Shown here: piece after piece, positions 14,333 through 26,620 of the stretch
How positions within the stretch are numbered: the first letter of the stretch is position 1
Layout of the letters: each line of letters opens with the position of its first letter
Assembly: GCF_009834535.1 (NCBI RefSeq)
Contig: NC_045697.1
Coordinates: forward strand, 24,182,001-24,246,000
DNA length: 64,000 nt
Direction: 5' to 3'
Origin: Camelus ferus
Taxonomy: Eukaryota
Translations under genes and position numbers: made by a program
Notes under the pieces: model-generated
Told to the model about the DNA's origin: nothing
The model's database searches: none
Seen by the model: only the letters and a program-made list of their open reading frames with translations

Positions 14333-14693
14333 TGTATTTTGTGTGCTGCTATAACAAAATACCATAGACTAGGTGACTTATAAGCAACAAACATTTTGTT
14401 CTCATAGTTCTGTAATCAGGGAAGTCCAAGGTCAAGGCACCAACGGGTTCGCTAGCTGGTGAGGGCGCATTTCCTTGTTTATAGACCACTATCTTCTCAT
14501 TGTCTCCTCACATGGCAGGAGGAGTGCGGGAGAACTCCCCAGTCTCCTTTATAAGGGCCCTAATCCCATCATGAGGTCTTCACCCTCATAACCTATCTAC
14601 CTGCCAAAGGCCCCATCTCCAAATATCATCACATCAGAGAATAGAGTTTTCTACAGATGAATTTTGGGGAACACAAACATTTAGGCCTTAACA
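14333..14693 (-). mobile_element. MaLR solo LTR (MLT1A-like)
   Basis: 'gctgctataacaaaataccatagactaggtgacttataa...gaagtccaaggtcaaggcacca...tttataagggccctaatccc...gaattttggggaacacaaacatttag..taaca'. Confidence 0.85.
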
Positions 14694-15769
14694 ATTGGTA
14701 ATCAGAAAAGAAATCAGACTAAACTAAAAAGACTCAGGTTTACAAATTCATTTAAAGCAATGCTAAAATCCATGACGCTATTCAGAAAGGTAGACTTACA
14801 GTTTTAGGAATCCTTTCTTTTGCAATGACCCCAGGGTACTCAGTGCATTTTGCCCTGCATGTTCAGCGACAAACGTGTGGGATTTAACGATTAAGGTACA
14901 ATAGAATTCACTTTTATCTTCTCTGCCGTATGTCCTGGCAGGCATAGTGCATGCAAATAGGACTCAGCGTCCTCATCCAGTGGTTTCCATGGCAGGTATA
15001 GTTCTACTGCTTTACTAAACTTGCTTTATGCTGCCTGTAGAGTAAGCGCAAACACATTCGATTGCCCCGTCCAAGAAACGAAAGTGACAGATGAAAAGAT
15101 TTCAGTATGAACTACGGTTACCAATGAAGGCGAACAGAATGCTTACGAGAGGTGCGTAAGGAATAACATTTCATCTTGATAATGTTCGTCTAGAGCTAAG
15201 GACAAAGGCCTGTGTTCATTCCAGGAAATGGAGTTAGGAAGAAGAGTCCAATTAAATGCTGCTTCTCGGAAATAGGGGTCAGCAAGTCCTAGTCTTGGAG
15301 GCTAGTTTTCTAGCCCACCATGACACTGCGGTTTTCTGGCAGCCTTAAGTAAGGGGGTTTTTCTTATTAAGAATTGTGTGACACTTTCTTTTTAATCACA
15401 CTGTACATATTTCTAAAATCTTTCTTATATAAAAGTAAGTCTATTTTTAAAGGGCACGTAGGAATATTCAGGAAGATTATTTATTTGAAGAAGACGTTGT
15501 TGGGATTTTTCAAAAGATAAAATCTCCTTGTCTGTAAGTGCTTATGCTGTAAAAGCATAAATTTGTTTTGCCCTCAGAGATTTGGGGATATGGTGTGCAT
15601 TAGAGGATGATAAAGGAAAATACTAGTCAATGTGACACCAGGATAAAAACAGGAACCAGATTTAGGTTTAAGTACTGGCTTGCTATTAACTAGTTTATTA
15701 TCCTTAACTAGTTCTTTATCTGTTGTGGACAACTAATTGATTCAATCCACTCATGTAGTCACTGAAAAT

Positions 15770-16290
15770 GTATGTGATCCTGTTAATCAAGTCATGTCAC
15801 CCCTGCTCGAATCTCTCGAATCCACCTGCTCTCCTCTTGCAAACTCCGCTGCAGCCTCAGTGGCCTCACTGCTAATCTAGGTTACACCAGACATACCCAC
15901 AGCCATGGCCATTGACTGCACACAGTTGCTCTACTCAGTGTGTCTGGAATACTCCACCCTTCCCCACCCCAAATGTTTTCTTCACTTGCTCACTCCCCTT
16001 TTTTAGATCTTTACTCAAACATCACTTTCTCAGGGAGGCCTTACTTGTGACCCTAATTTTAATTGAACTCCTCTTCTTCCAACACTCCTTATGCTCCTTC
16101 CTGTGTGTGTTTCTCCTTAGTATTTCTTATTATTTAATATGTTCTTTCATTCTTCCTGCCTACCTGTCCCCAAGAACTTAAGGTCCATGATGCTAGACTA
16201 TTTTTTTCTGTTTTATTGACTGTTGGATCCCCCAAATATAGTGCTGTTCCTGGCACAGAGTGGACATTCACTAGATATTTGTTGAACACA
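15770..16290 (+). mobile_element. L2 LINE 3' fragment
   Basis: 'ttttagatctttactcaaacatcactttctcagggaggcctt' and terminal 'cctggcacagagtggacattcactagatatttgttgaa'. Confidence 0.75.
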
Positions 16291-18009
16291 TGAAATTCAT
16301 GTGTCCCCACAACATGTTAGGTCTGATTACACTTAATGAGCATCAGCAAATCATCACTAGAAAAGTGTATATTTATATATTTTTTCCTACTAACAGCATG
16401 ATGAAGAAGGATGACCTAACATAGTCTCTTGAGGTAGCCCAGTGAAATGCTTGATGGAGCTGCTAGGTGGAAAACTAGCTTCATATTTTGTGTAAATAAA
16501 TAAAACTGAACCTAAATCCATCTATATCTATTTTTTCTAACATTTAGGGCCACTGAAGATATACATATCAACACATTCATATGACCTCAACTTCTTCAGT
16601 TGACAGTCATCTGTGCCTAGATCCCAGGATGGGGAGAGAATTCTTTAAGTTGGAGAGGTAGAAGAGAATGATAGGTGTTATGGAAGCCTGCCGACTGAAC
16701 TGCCCTCTCTTACCTTATATTGCTAGGGAAGGCTGAGACACACTTCGTGTAAAAGTTAAAATATCGGCTGTCCAAGACAGAGAAAACATTATAAACAAAC
16801 ACATGCTGAATAAACATGGTAAATACAGGTTTATATGTTCTATGAAGATGATAAATCCAGGGTAATCAGAGAGTAAAGGAGAGAATATTTTAGGTATTCA
16901 CTAAGATCCTTTTTAGCTATAGTCTCATGCTCTTCAGGTGGAATAGAAAAGAGGTCCATTTGACTTTAACACAAGATAAAGGGGATGAGTCACAGGAAAG
17001 AAGTCAGGTTAAAGAGAATTAGAATTTATAGCCACTCGTAGCTTTATTATGAGTCATTGTAAAGTTTCATGCAACAGAATGTTTTCCTCAATTTTATAGG
17101 AACCGCTTGGGCTGCTGAGAATACACTGCAGAGAGGTCAATACAGAAGTACCTCTCAGGGGCTATGATCAGAATAAATCTGACCCAGGTTACTGCCTTTC
17201 TAAGATTTCTAAATTCTTTACAATAGGTGTTATTTTTGTCATAAGAAACAAGTAATTTATTGAAAAAATATATTTTAATATTTAGCTGTTCCTACCACCA
17301 AGATGTCACGTCTGTCTCATGCTTTTATTGCCTTGAACTTGGTTTACACTGAGGAAAAGCAATCTATTTATTGGTGAACTAAACCATGCATTGACTAACA
17401 GGGTGTCTTCTATACAATGTTCTGATCCAATGCTATAAAAACAAGAAACACTAACTTCCGTAAAATATTTGTTTATTTGAAGTCATTTAACCTTAGTGTT
17501 TTTCCTTGAAAAGCTTTATGAATATTTAAGTGAGTCTAACTTGCTTAGAAAGCTCTGGCTGCAGCTAGTACCATTAAAATTAGAACACTGTCACAGAAGA
17601 CCCATTAACACCGTTTAAATTTGGTAAGAAATGGACCCTAGACTATGCAGAAGTCAAAAAAACTGACCACCAAGATTAATGATCTGGCATTATGAGCATC
17701 GTGAGAGCACTGATGGAAGGAAAAGACTGTGTTCTTTAGACATTTTAAAAGAAAATACCTTTAAGTATATTGCAGAGTTTCAGGGTATCTTGATTATTGT
17801 TTTGGTTTTGTATGTTTTTCATTTTTAATAATTTACAGATGAGAATGTAATAATTTAATCATTTACTGATAGGAGGAATGGGTTTCCAATTGCATTTCTG
17901 TTTTTATTAGCTATGAGTTTTTGAACAGATTATGTGTGGTCTCCTATTTTCACAGTCCTCATTCATTAAATGAGTAAATAATAATTCTTAGCTCTATCTC
18001 ATATATGTT

Positions 18010-18424
18010 TTTCTTTTTTTTCAAACATCTTTATTGTGGTACGATTCCTGTACAGTAAACTATACTTATTTAAGACATACAATTTGATGAATTTTGACAG
18101 ATCTATACGCCAGTGAAATCACCACCACAATCAAGATAGCTAACATTTCCATCTCTCCCCAGGAGGTGCAAATTTTGAATTCCTACTTTATCCTTTCCCA
18201 CCCCTCTTACCCCCTGGTAAACATAAGTTTGTTCTCTGTGTCTGTGAGTCTGTTTCTGTTTTGTAGATAAGTTCATTTGTGTCCTTTTTTTTAGATTCCA
18301 CATATAAGTGATACCATATGGTATTTTTTTTCTCTTTCTGGCTTACTTCACTTAGAATGACAGTCACCAGATCCATGCTGCAAATGGCATTATTTTATTA
18401 TTTTTTATGGCTGAGTAGTATGCC

Positions 18425-18493
<69 letters not shown>

Positions 18494-19062
18494 ACATACA
18501 TACATACATACCACATCTTCTTTATCTGGTAATCTGTTGATGGACATTTGGGTTGTTTCTGTCCTGGCTATTGTAATTAGTGCTGTTGTGAACACTGGGG
18601 TGCATGTGTCTTTTTGAATTATATTTTCCTCTGGATATATGCCCAAGGGTGGGATTGCTGGATCATATGATAAGTTTATTTTCAGTTTTTTAAGGAACCT
18701 CCATATTGTCCTTCATAGTACCTTCACCAGTTTACATTCCCACCAGCAGTGCAGGAAGGTTCCTTTTTCTCCACACCCTCTCCAGTGTTTACCTTTTGTG
18801 GACTTTTTAATGATGGCCATTCTGATTGGTGTGAGGTGTTACCTCACTGTAGTTTTTATTTGCATTTCTCTAATAATTAGTGATGTTGAGCATCTTTTCC
18901 TGTTGGCCATCTGGATGTCTTCTTTGGAGAGATGTCTATTTAGGTCTTCTGCCTATTTTTTTGACTGGGTTGCTTTTTTATTATGTTAAGCTGTATGAGC
19001 TGTTTGAATATTTTGGAAATTAGTCCCTTATCAATGGCATCATTTGCAAATATTTTCTCCTA
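18010..19062 (-). mobile_element. 5'-truncated LINE-1 with a chimeric 3' end, inserted in a MIR
   Basis: ORF2 C-terminal-like ORF at 18398-18646(-) ([26 protein letters not shown]). 18167-19062 parallels the 11.5-kb L1, while 18010-18166 is an older-type L1 3' end with a poly(A) tail (T-run on + strand). Confidence 0.9.
18427..18485 (+). repeat. (TG)n microsatellite, ~29 units
   Basis: Read directly from the sequence; lies inside the L1. Confidence 0.95.
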
Positions 19063-19140
19063 ATGCCCATGAAATGTGCTAATTCTTGTATAGTTATTTG
19101 CATTGCATCTGGAATAAAGTGGTTTTATTACTACTGTTAT

Positions 19141-19149
19141 ATTATTATT

Positions 19150-19181
<32 letters not shown>

Positions 19182-19185
19182 TATT
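19141..19185 (+). repeat. (ATT)n(ATC)n trinucleotide microsatellite
   Basis: Read directly from the sequence; lies at the MIR tail. Confidence 0.9.
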
Positions 19186-21392
19186 TCCTACTTCCTAACG
19201 TTTTCCTGTATTGGAAAAACAAATGTACTATTTGAGACCTCTGTAAATAGACTAGGAATCAATAGTGAAGTAGTTTTCAGGCTCAGAGAAACCAAACAGA
19301 CCGATTGTTTTCTTCTCTTTGAAAAAAAAAAAAAGTCTTTAATGTTGAAATATATGTTAAATATATATCCATACCAAAGTTTCAAATAAGACTTACTGAA
19401 TATAAGGACAAGATCTTTCTAAACTACAAAGTCCTTTGTAAATATGAGAGATCAATACTGATGTTACCAGGCTCTTGTACAAGCATTGCAGTTAGTATTC
19501 AAGTTAGCAGACATCCTCTGCAGTATAATAAAGGGCTTTAGAAGTTAGTTTCCTCCCCTGAAAAGCCTATATTTTATTTCCTAGGAGTAATTTATAAACT
19601 TGCAAAAACAACTTGAATTTGTATTATCAATCATTTTTAGAGAAAGATCCATTTTAGGAGAGAGACCTTTTTAATATAATAATCTCACAATGTATGGCCA
19701 ACTTGAAATGGTATTTCATCTAATTATGAGTTCATATTTTAGTTTTTTAAATTTTGTATTGCCTACAATTTTTATTTTTTTTCTAAATATACCTTTTCAT
19801 GAACAAACATCTGCACATAGTTAGAAATCAGTTTTAACTTAGAATTCATGGTGGAGGAATATATTGGAGGAAAAAATGTGAGAGTCTACTTGCCAACTCA
19901 AAGTAATATGAACATTGGTGCAGTGAATATAAATTAACTCTCCAGGGAAGGTTTTCTGACAGTAGTGCTTATATGACTCATACTATCTCTTGATCCATGA
20001 AATGTACTGCACACCATCAATTTGCTACTTGAGTTGTCCTAAGGGGAAAAGGTTGTCATTCACTCACTGAAGTAAATTAAGGGCATGATAAATCATTTTA
20101 TTGGCTGCGTTATCAATATTTCATTATTCATGCAAATAGGAACATAGTTGTATACCATTTTTGCAATAAAATACTGTTTAATATTTATATGGTCCATTTT
20201 ACTAAAGATCTTGAAAAGACTAAGGAGATCCTATATCTTTGTCATATTTTGCACTTAAAATTGTGATGGGTAACTGATATTTAATAATCTTTGTAACTGG
20301 CGCTGGTCAGACCTTGCAAGAGAAGCAAATCTATTTTAGTCTACTCTGCCTTCTTCTGAAATGTCATGAGTTGTTCATGATTCTGGTCTCTCAGACGAAG
20401 GCTAATAAAAATACAAAATGACCGTAGAATCATACTCGACAGTTTACAAAGTACTTGCACATCTATTTGGAGTAGGCTCTGACTTTTCAGCCTGGCCTTC
20501 ATCATGAATTGACTCTGAATGCAAGTTGCCAGGGCAGAGAGCAAGCAGTTCATCCAATTTTCCTCAGACTATGTTGAAAGTTACCATGGAAAAATGAACT
20601 GAGTACATGTAAAACATTTTGAATCACCTAAACTTCAGAATCTATTCATCAATGGACTCTAGCAGGTTATATGTAGGAAAAAACTTAATGTAACTATTTT
20701 TAGTAACTTAAATTAAATTTTGGTTTGGCTGTATTTACAGCAGAACTCTTTTAAAAAATTATTTTAAAAAAAAGAAAGAAAACAGAACTTTTGCCAACTT
20801 GAATTCTTAAGGAACAGTAGTCTATGCTTTATTCCTTGAACTGATTGGAAAGACTAAGGAAATGAAATAATGTGTGAAATTATCCAGATATCTGGATCAG
20901 GTTTCGTTAGAACTCTGTTCATATTTCTATCATTGCCCTCCTACAATTTTATTGTAAGTGCAAATTTACTTTCTTCTATAGATTATGTTATATGGCTATT
21001 TAATTGTATGGTCAATATGTTATTCTTTGTGTTCCTAGAACAATAGAATTTAAATTATTCATTCACTCGTTTTCTCCCTAACTCCTTCATTCAACAAATA
21101 CTTGAACATCTGCTATATGTATGAAAGGGCAAATCTCATAGTGTTAGCATTAACTAAATTTTGATTCAAACTCTAACTCTATAAAGTAGTCATTTTTGTG
21201 ACCTTTGGAATATCACATTATCTCACTAAAACTTAGTTTTGAATACATAAAACAAATCACATTCTGACAATTAAATAGTATATATGACTCAACAATTGCA
21301 AACTAAGTACAGCTAAAATTATGGGTTAAACAGTGTAAGTTTGTAGCAATAAAAATCAAATGAGAATTAAAATTAATAAATTGAGGCAATGA

Positions 21393-21740
21393 TCTATCAA
21401 TCAGTTTTAGTTAAATTAACAGTCCTGAAATCACATAGTATTATAGCCCTAAACTCATATTATATGTCACTGCGGGAAAGCTGTGGTTTTGCTCCATGTA
21501 CCTATCCTTCACTCCAGAATCTAGGTTAATGGAGTAAACCCTATCTGAAATATTACCAGCTATAATGCATAAGGGGAAAAAAACAAATAGGGATAAAAAT
21601 CAACAGTAGTACTCAAATCTGCTATTTGCTGTTTCATTCGTATTTAATTTACCAAAACAAGTTAAAATGAGTCTGATTTCAATAAGGCATTGAAATGGGG
21701 GGAAATTACAGTCTCCTACAAGAGGTAAGTGATACATGGA
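21393..21740 (-). mobile_element. Old MaLR LTR (MLT1K/L-like)
   Basis: 'ccttcactccagaatctaggttaatggagtaaaccctatctgaaatattaccag' and 'ttaccaaaacaagtta'. Confidence 0.55.
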
Positions 21741-24149
21741 AAAAGACAGATTCTAGGGAGCCATGATAGTCCAGGCAACCTCTGTGTGAGGTAATATTTA
21801 TATTAAGTTGCTAAGACTAAAAGTTGTGTGGGGAATAGGGAGAATATCTACAAAGGAAATGACAGCTTGGGCCCTCCTGATGATAGGGATTTTTGATTGG
21901 ATGATACTAATTTACTGTGGCAGCAATCACCAATGGGAGCTGTCTGAGCTGCCTAACCTTGACAATTTGCTGAATAACTGAAATTCAGCAAAGGCATACA
22001 GGAGCCTTCTGATTTGGGAAAATCACATCCTGGTTTTAGTTTCACACACTGGCTATAGTAGAACTTGTCTCTACTACTAAATCCCTCCTCCATTCCTCTT
22101 CCCAGATATTATAGGCTCAGAATGCTTTCAAATTTCATCTTTTTTAAATCTCTTCTTCTTATATTAGGGAGTCTCTAAATATTTTTCCAGTAGTTGCTCT
22201 TACAGCCCCAATTTATTCATCTTACCAGGAAGAGACATTCTTTGTGGCACGGGGACATAAAGATACCTGAGGGAACTGGCCTTCAGATCCATACTTAAGT
22301 CAAGTGCTAGAGTACCTTTGGCCCTGCAAGAGTGACTTGGAAACCAATGTCATGGGGATAAAAATCTACTCAACTAAAGACTTTTGAGCAAGGAAAGAGC
22401 TCATAGCAAACAGAGATTTAGGAAGATAGAATTAGCAGTGATGTCTTAAAAGAACTGAGGTGGCAGTCTGGAGATTGTGATCTTAATATTGCATATCTAC
22501 CAGAGTTAGACTTGTTCTTTCACTTAGTTGTGGCAGTAAAATTATGATGAAAAATTCTCAAGGGACTATATTTGCCAAGACTAATTGCTTTCCAGATCAA
22601 TTGCTACCTGCCACTTTTTTATTTTTTAATCATCGTGAGATTAATAGAGGACTGGAGATTTTAGAATGAGGTCAGAATCATATTGTTATATTATTATAAT
22701 ACCTAATTTATTTATAAATATCATTACTATCATGTAAGTTTATTTTAAATATATAAACTATAACTATCTTAAATAAGCAAATTAACAAATAAATCATTAT
22801 TCATGAGAACTTTAGAAAAAGTTATATAATTCACAATAAAATATATATAAAAGGTGAATGAAAAATATTAAACCACCTGCTATCAAAGATTTAAGTAGTA
22901 TTTATGCTTTAAAACATAATTTATGAGTTATATTTCACATAAACTTAAAAATGAGATGCTTTATAAAGTCAAATAATTATATAATTAACAGTATCATGCA
23001 TAAAAACTCAGAGAAACAAAGTTTTTAATTATCTGAAATTTCAGGTATATGGAGCCTTTGTCATTCTATCAAAAGATTTACCTTAATTTTCTGTTCTCCT
23101 CATAGAGCTGTTCTATAGATAAAAACAAATCAGGAAATAATTCTGCATCACACTTGGAGCACAAAAATGAAGACAATTATTTTCACTTCTTTTCTAAAAT
23201 ACTAAAGGAAGAATAATTATTTCCATTGCCAAAAATGTCAGCAATGAAACTAAGCATATAATAGTATAAATTTGGAAAAATTCAATGACATAAATTTGTT
23301 ACCCAGCCAAAAATTATATAGAATTGTAGTCAAACGTACTTATTTTGAAAAGAGTTCCGGAATGATGAATCTTAATAATATCAATCAGCATGCATTTTCA
23401 AAATACAAATCCAACTGCAAGTAAAAATCATAACTTTTTTAAAAGACTGGAACTATTTCAATAGATACAAATTTGTTCATGAAAATTTAAACAGGATATT
23501 GTTTCAATGAAAAACTGATTTCCTAAGAAGCAGTAATAAGTATTCTCATAAAATTATGAACCGCTAACATCATTCCTGGTTTAATTTTGAAATATGAATA
23601 TGTTGATTAATTTCGTGAGACACCAAACTTGAATTAATCTTCTAAACATCAAGAGCTATACTTAAAGGCCAATCCAGTAATATAGTTCAGCAAATGAAGC
23701 TTTGAATTTCAGATTTTGTGTGGACATTTCTCTTTTACTTCTGTGAATATTTTATTATCTACTTTATTATGTTAGATATTAGAAAATGTTTTATAATTTT
23801 GATTGGCTTGATATATTAATATTTTATAACTTTGATATAATGGTAAAATTAGTTGTCCCTTAAAATGTTTTCCAAATACTCTCTTATATTTGATTAGTAT
23901 GTTATGTATAATATCAATAAATTGGAAGAATTATGCTGAAATAAACTATTATTGTCATGAAGGTCATAGAATTCAATGTAGATAATGCTGTATTACAGAC
24001 TTGGCCATCTGTTCTAAATTGTCCTAAGTGAAAGAAAGATTTTAAAAATGTAAATCCCTATCTATTTATCTGTCTATCTATCTGGCTGTCATTCATGCAG
24101 CCGACTTCTATTTCTGCTTCTGTTTAAGAAACCAGTGAAGTTGTACATA

Positions 24150-24420
24150 TGATAATGTATGTTACTTATAGTAAAGAGAAACCCGGGGTCGGAATGTCAA
24201 AATTTAAATCCCTCCTTAGCTTTTTGACAGCTGTAGGGTTTTGTACAGTCATTTCAATCACTCTCAGCTTTTGTTTGTTTTTTCAATCTGTAAAATGAGA
24301 AAGATACTAAAGCCTTTATTACATTATGATGGAAGATAGATGAGATAATGCATTTAAAACGTTTACACAATACATGCCATATTCCTACCATTCAGTAAAT
24401 GGCAATTATTATAAATTAGC
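24150..24420 (+). mobile_element. MIR SINE
   Basis: 'tcaatctgtaaaatgagaaagatacta...gatagatgagataatgcatttaaaacgtttacacaatacatgccatat...tcagtaaatgg'. Confidence 0.7.
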
Positions 24421-26129
24421 ATGGTGGCTACCTTGAGAGCATAAGTAGGCCAATCAGGATTCAAAACTCAGCCTGCCTGGAGTTTCTAAACCCCATTATC
24501 TCTACACTATACAACCCTGCCTCTTGATCACAAATACCTCATCAATGAAAGCATTGTCTAAAAGAGATTTGCCAAAAGTGGTAATATTAAATTTGAAAAT
24601 ATAATTAACTAGGCCACAAAATTGAGCAGTTGTCTTCCTAGTAATGGAATTTGTTACCAAAAGCCCATTTAGTCTGTTTCCTTTGCAGGCAAGCCAGGTG
24701 GGTTTGCTAGAGAACAGAAGTGCTGATGAGACAATGTACTGACCCACTTTGTTTCCCCACAGATGATCCCAGCTGGCAGAGTGTGCACTCATTGTTCAAA
24801 GAAGGCCATATTTTTTGACTTTTTATCATATCTCTCCTAGGAAATAAAAATATAAATGTTGTTGTGTTATCTGTAGAGGTCAAAAAAAACAGTGGATCTG
24901 ATATTTGAAAGAGCCAAATCCCGTATGAAATTATCCTCACATTAAAATGGAAGCAATGATTAATAATTCCAAATATAAACCAGGTGTGTGTCATCATTTT
25001 TTATTCTAATCTCATTACAGACACAGGAAACTTTGAAGTATATCTTCAATATATAAAACAAGAAATTATATATCTTCAATTTACTTGTGTAATACACAGT
25101 TCTAAGGAATGTCTTTCAAAGAGAAAGAGTGACAGAATTGAAGAACAGAGACAGGGAAATAGGTTCCTTATTTTGTTGATACTGGTCAAATGCTAAAAAC
25201 ACCTGGATTTCAGATACCAGAGAATATGTTGACTTAAACGAAGAAATGAGGCTAGTTCATACTCACAGGGTTGTTTTGAAGGAAACACTGGCAAGACCAT
25301 GTACTATTTCAATACCTGTACTTGAGAACTTGACCAAAAACTGAGTAAAAGTTACTAGGATTTTACAACTAGACAAAATAATGTTTTCTCATCAGTGATG
25401 AGAACCAACATGGTCAATTTTCACAACCTTTTGGTAAGTTCTCAACCTACTATGATGTAAAGAAAAGAGCGTGGCCTTTAGGATCTTTGAGAAGAGGGTC
25501 TGAATCTCAGTAACCCATCTGAGTTACTTTAGGTAAGGTATTTAACTCTCTCATCTGTCCAGGCATTGAGAGTAAGTAAAGGAGAAAAACAAAGACATGT
25601 GATTTTTAATTGTGAAGATTTATAATTTCAGCACAAATTTGACTTTCAAATGTAGAGAAAAAGACAAAGGAGAAAGGTATGTCATAAAATATTGTTGGAT
25701 CCAGAAAAGGTGCTCTGTTTATTGTCATGGCTTGTGCTTTAAACCTGCATATTTATTCTAACTGGGTCTTTTGAGGGAGTACAAGTTAACTCTGGTAACT
25801 TGAAAGTATTAAATCAGCAAATTTATTGATTCTGCATTTATTCAATTCATTTATATTTAGACAGTATAAAAAGGGGGAATATATTACCAACATCAATGCA
25901 TTTAGAGGGACAATACACAGAAGTGAAGTACACAGATCCATATAAGAGATAATAAAATTAACAAAAATTTTGGAGGAAAATCACAAAGAAGGACATAGTG
26001 GTTAATATCATCAAGTGAGTGTCTCATTGGGTAAAGCACACAACTGAAACAATGTGCTTTGTAAAAAAACTTATTAAATCTTTAAGTCATTGATTTTTCA
26101 ATAAAATACCTTTACTGACCATCATATTT

Positions 26130-26620
26130 ACAGCTCTGAAGACCATATTTGAGTTGGAAAATTTACCCTGGGCTTTGTCACTGCCCTATACTCTAACCTA
26201 TGATTACATGGCTTTAGGGAACTTGCATAAGCACACCAATGCTCAATTTCTTTTCTTTTTTTTTTAATATATAAACATTTTTTAATTGAGTTATAGTCAT
26301 TTTACAATGTTGTGTCAAATTCCAGTGTAGAGCACAATTTTTCAGTTATACATGAACATACATACATTCATTGTCACATTCTCTTTTGCTGTGAGCCACC
26401 ACAAGACCCTGTATATATTTCCCTGTGCTACTCAGTACAATCTTGTTTATCTATTCTACATTTTGAAATCCCAGTCCCTTCCCACCCCCCAATGCTCAAT
26501 TTCTGTATTGAGAAAATAGGCATAATGATATTTCCTAGCAAGACTGTATAAGCATCAGATGTACCCATGTAAAGGACTACCATCTGTACACATCATGCAA
26601 GGGATGTGTTATTAGTGTTT
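26130..26620 (+). mobile_element. MIR SINE split by an L1 insertion
   Basis: The left half ends '...gctttagggaacttgcataagcacaccaatgctcaatttc'. The right half reads 'tgtattgagaaaataggcataatgatatttcctagcaagactgtataagcatcagatg'. Confidence 0.6.
26252..26488 (-). mobile_element. Young camelid L1 3'-end fragment with 16-bp TSD
   Basis: The poly(A) tail appears as a T-run, followed by 'aattgagttatagtcattttacaatgttgtgtcaaattccagtgtagagcac'. The TSD ccaatgctcaatttct occurs at 26236-26251 and 26489-26504. Confidence 0.92.

Noticed and set aside
19063..19389. ORF with poly-Ile, and ORFs with CV/TH runs at 18318-18646 and 54341-54648
   Set aside because: These are translation artefacts of microsatellites.
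20341..20553. 70-aa minus-strand ORF as a coding exon
   Set aside because: No recognisable homology and no convincing flanking splice sites.
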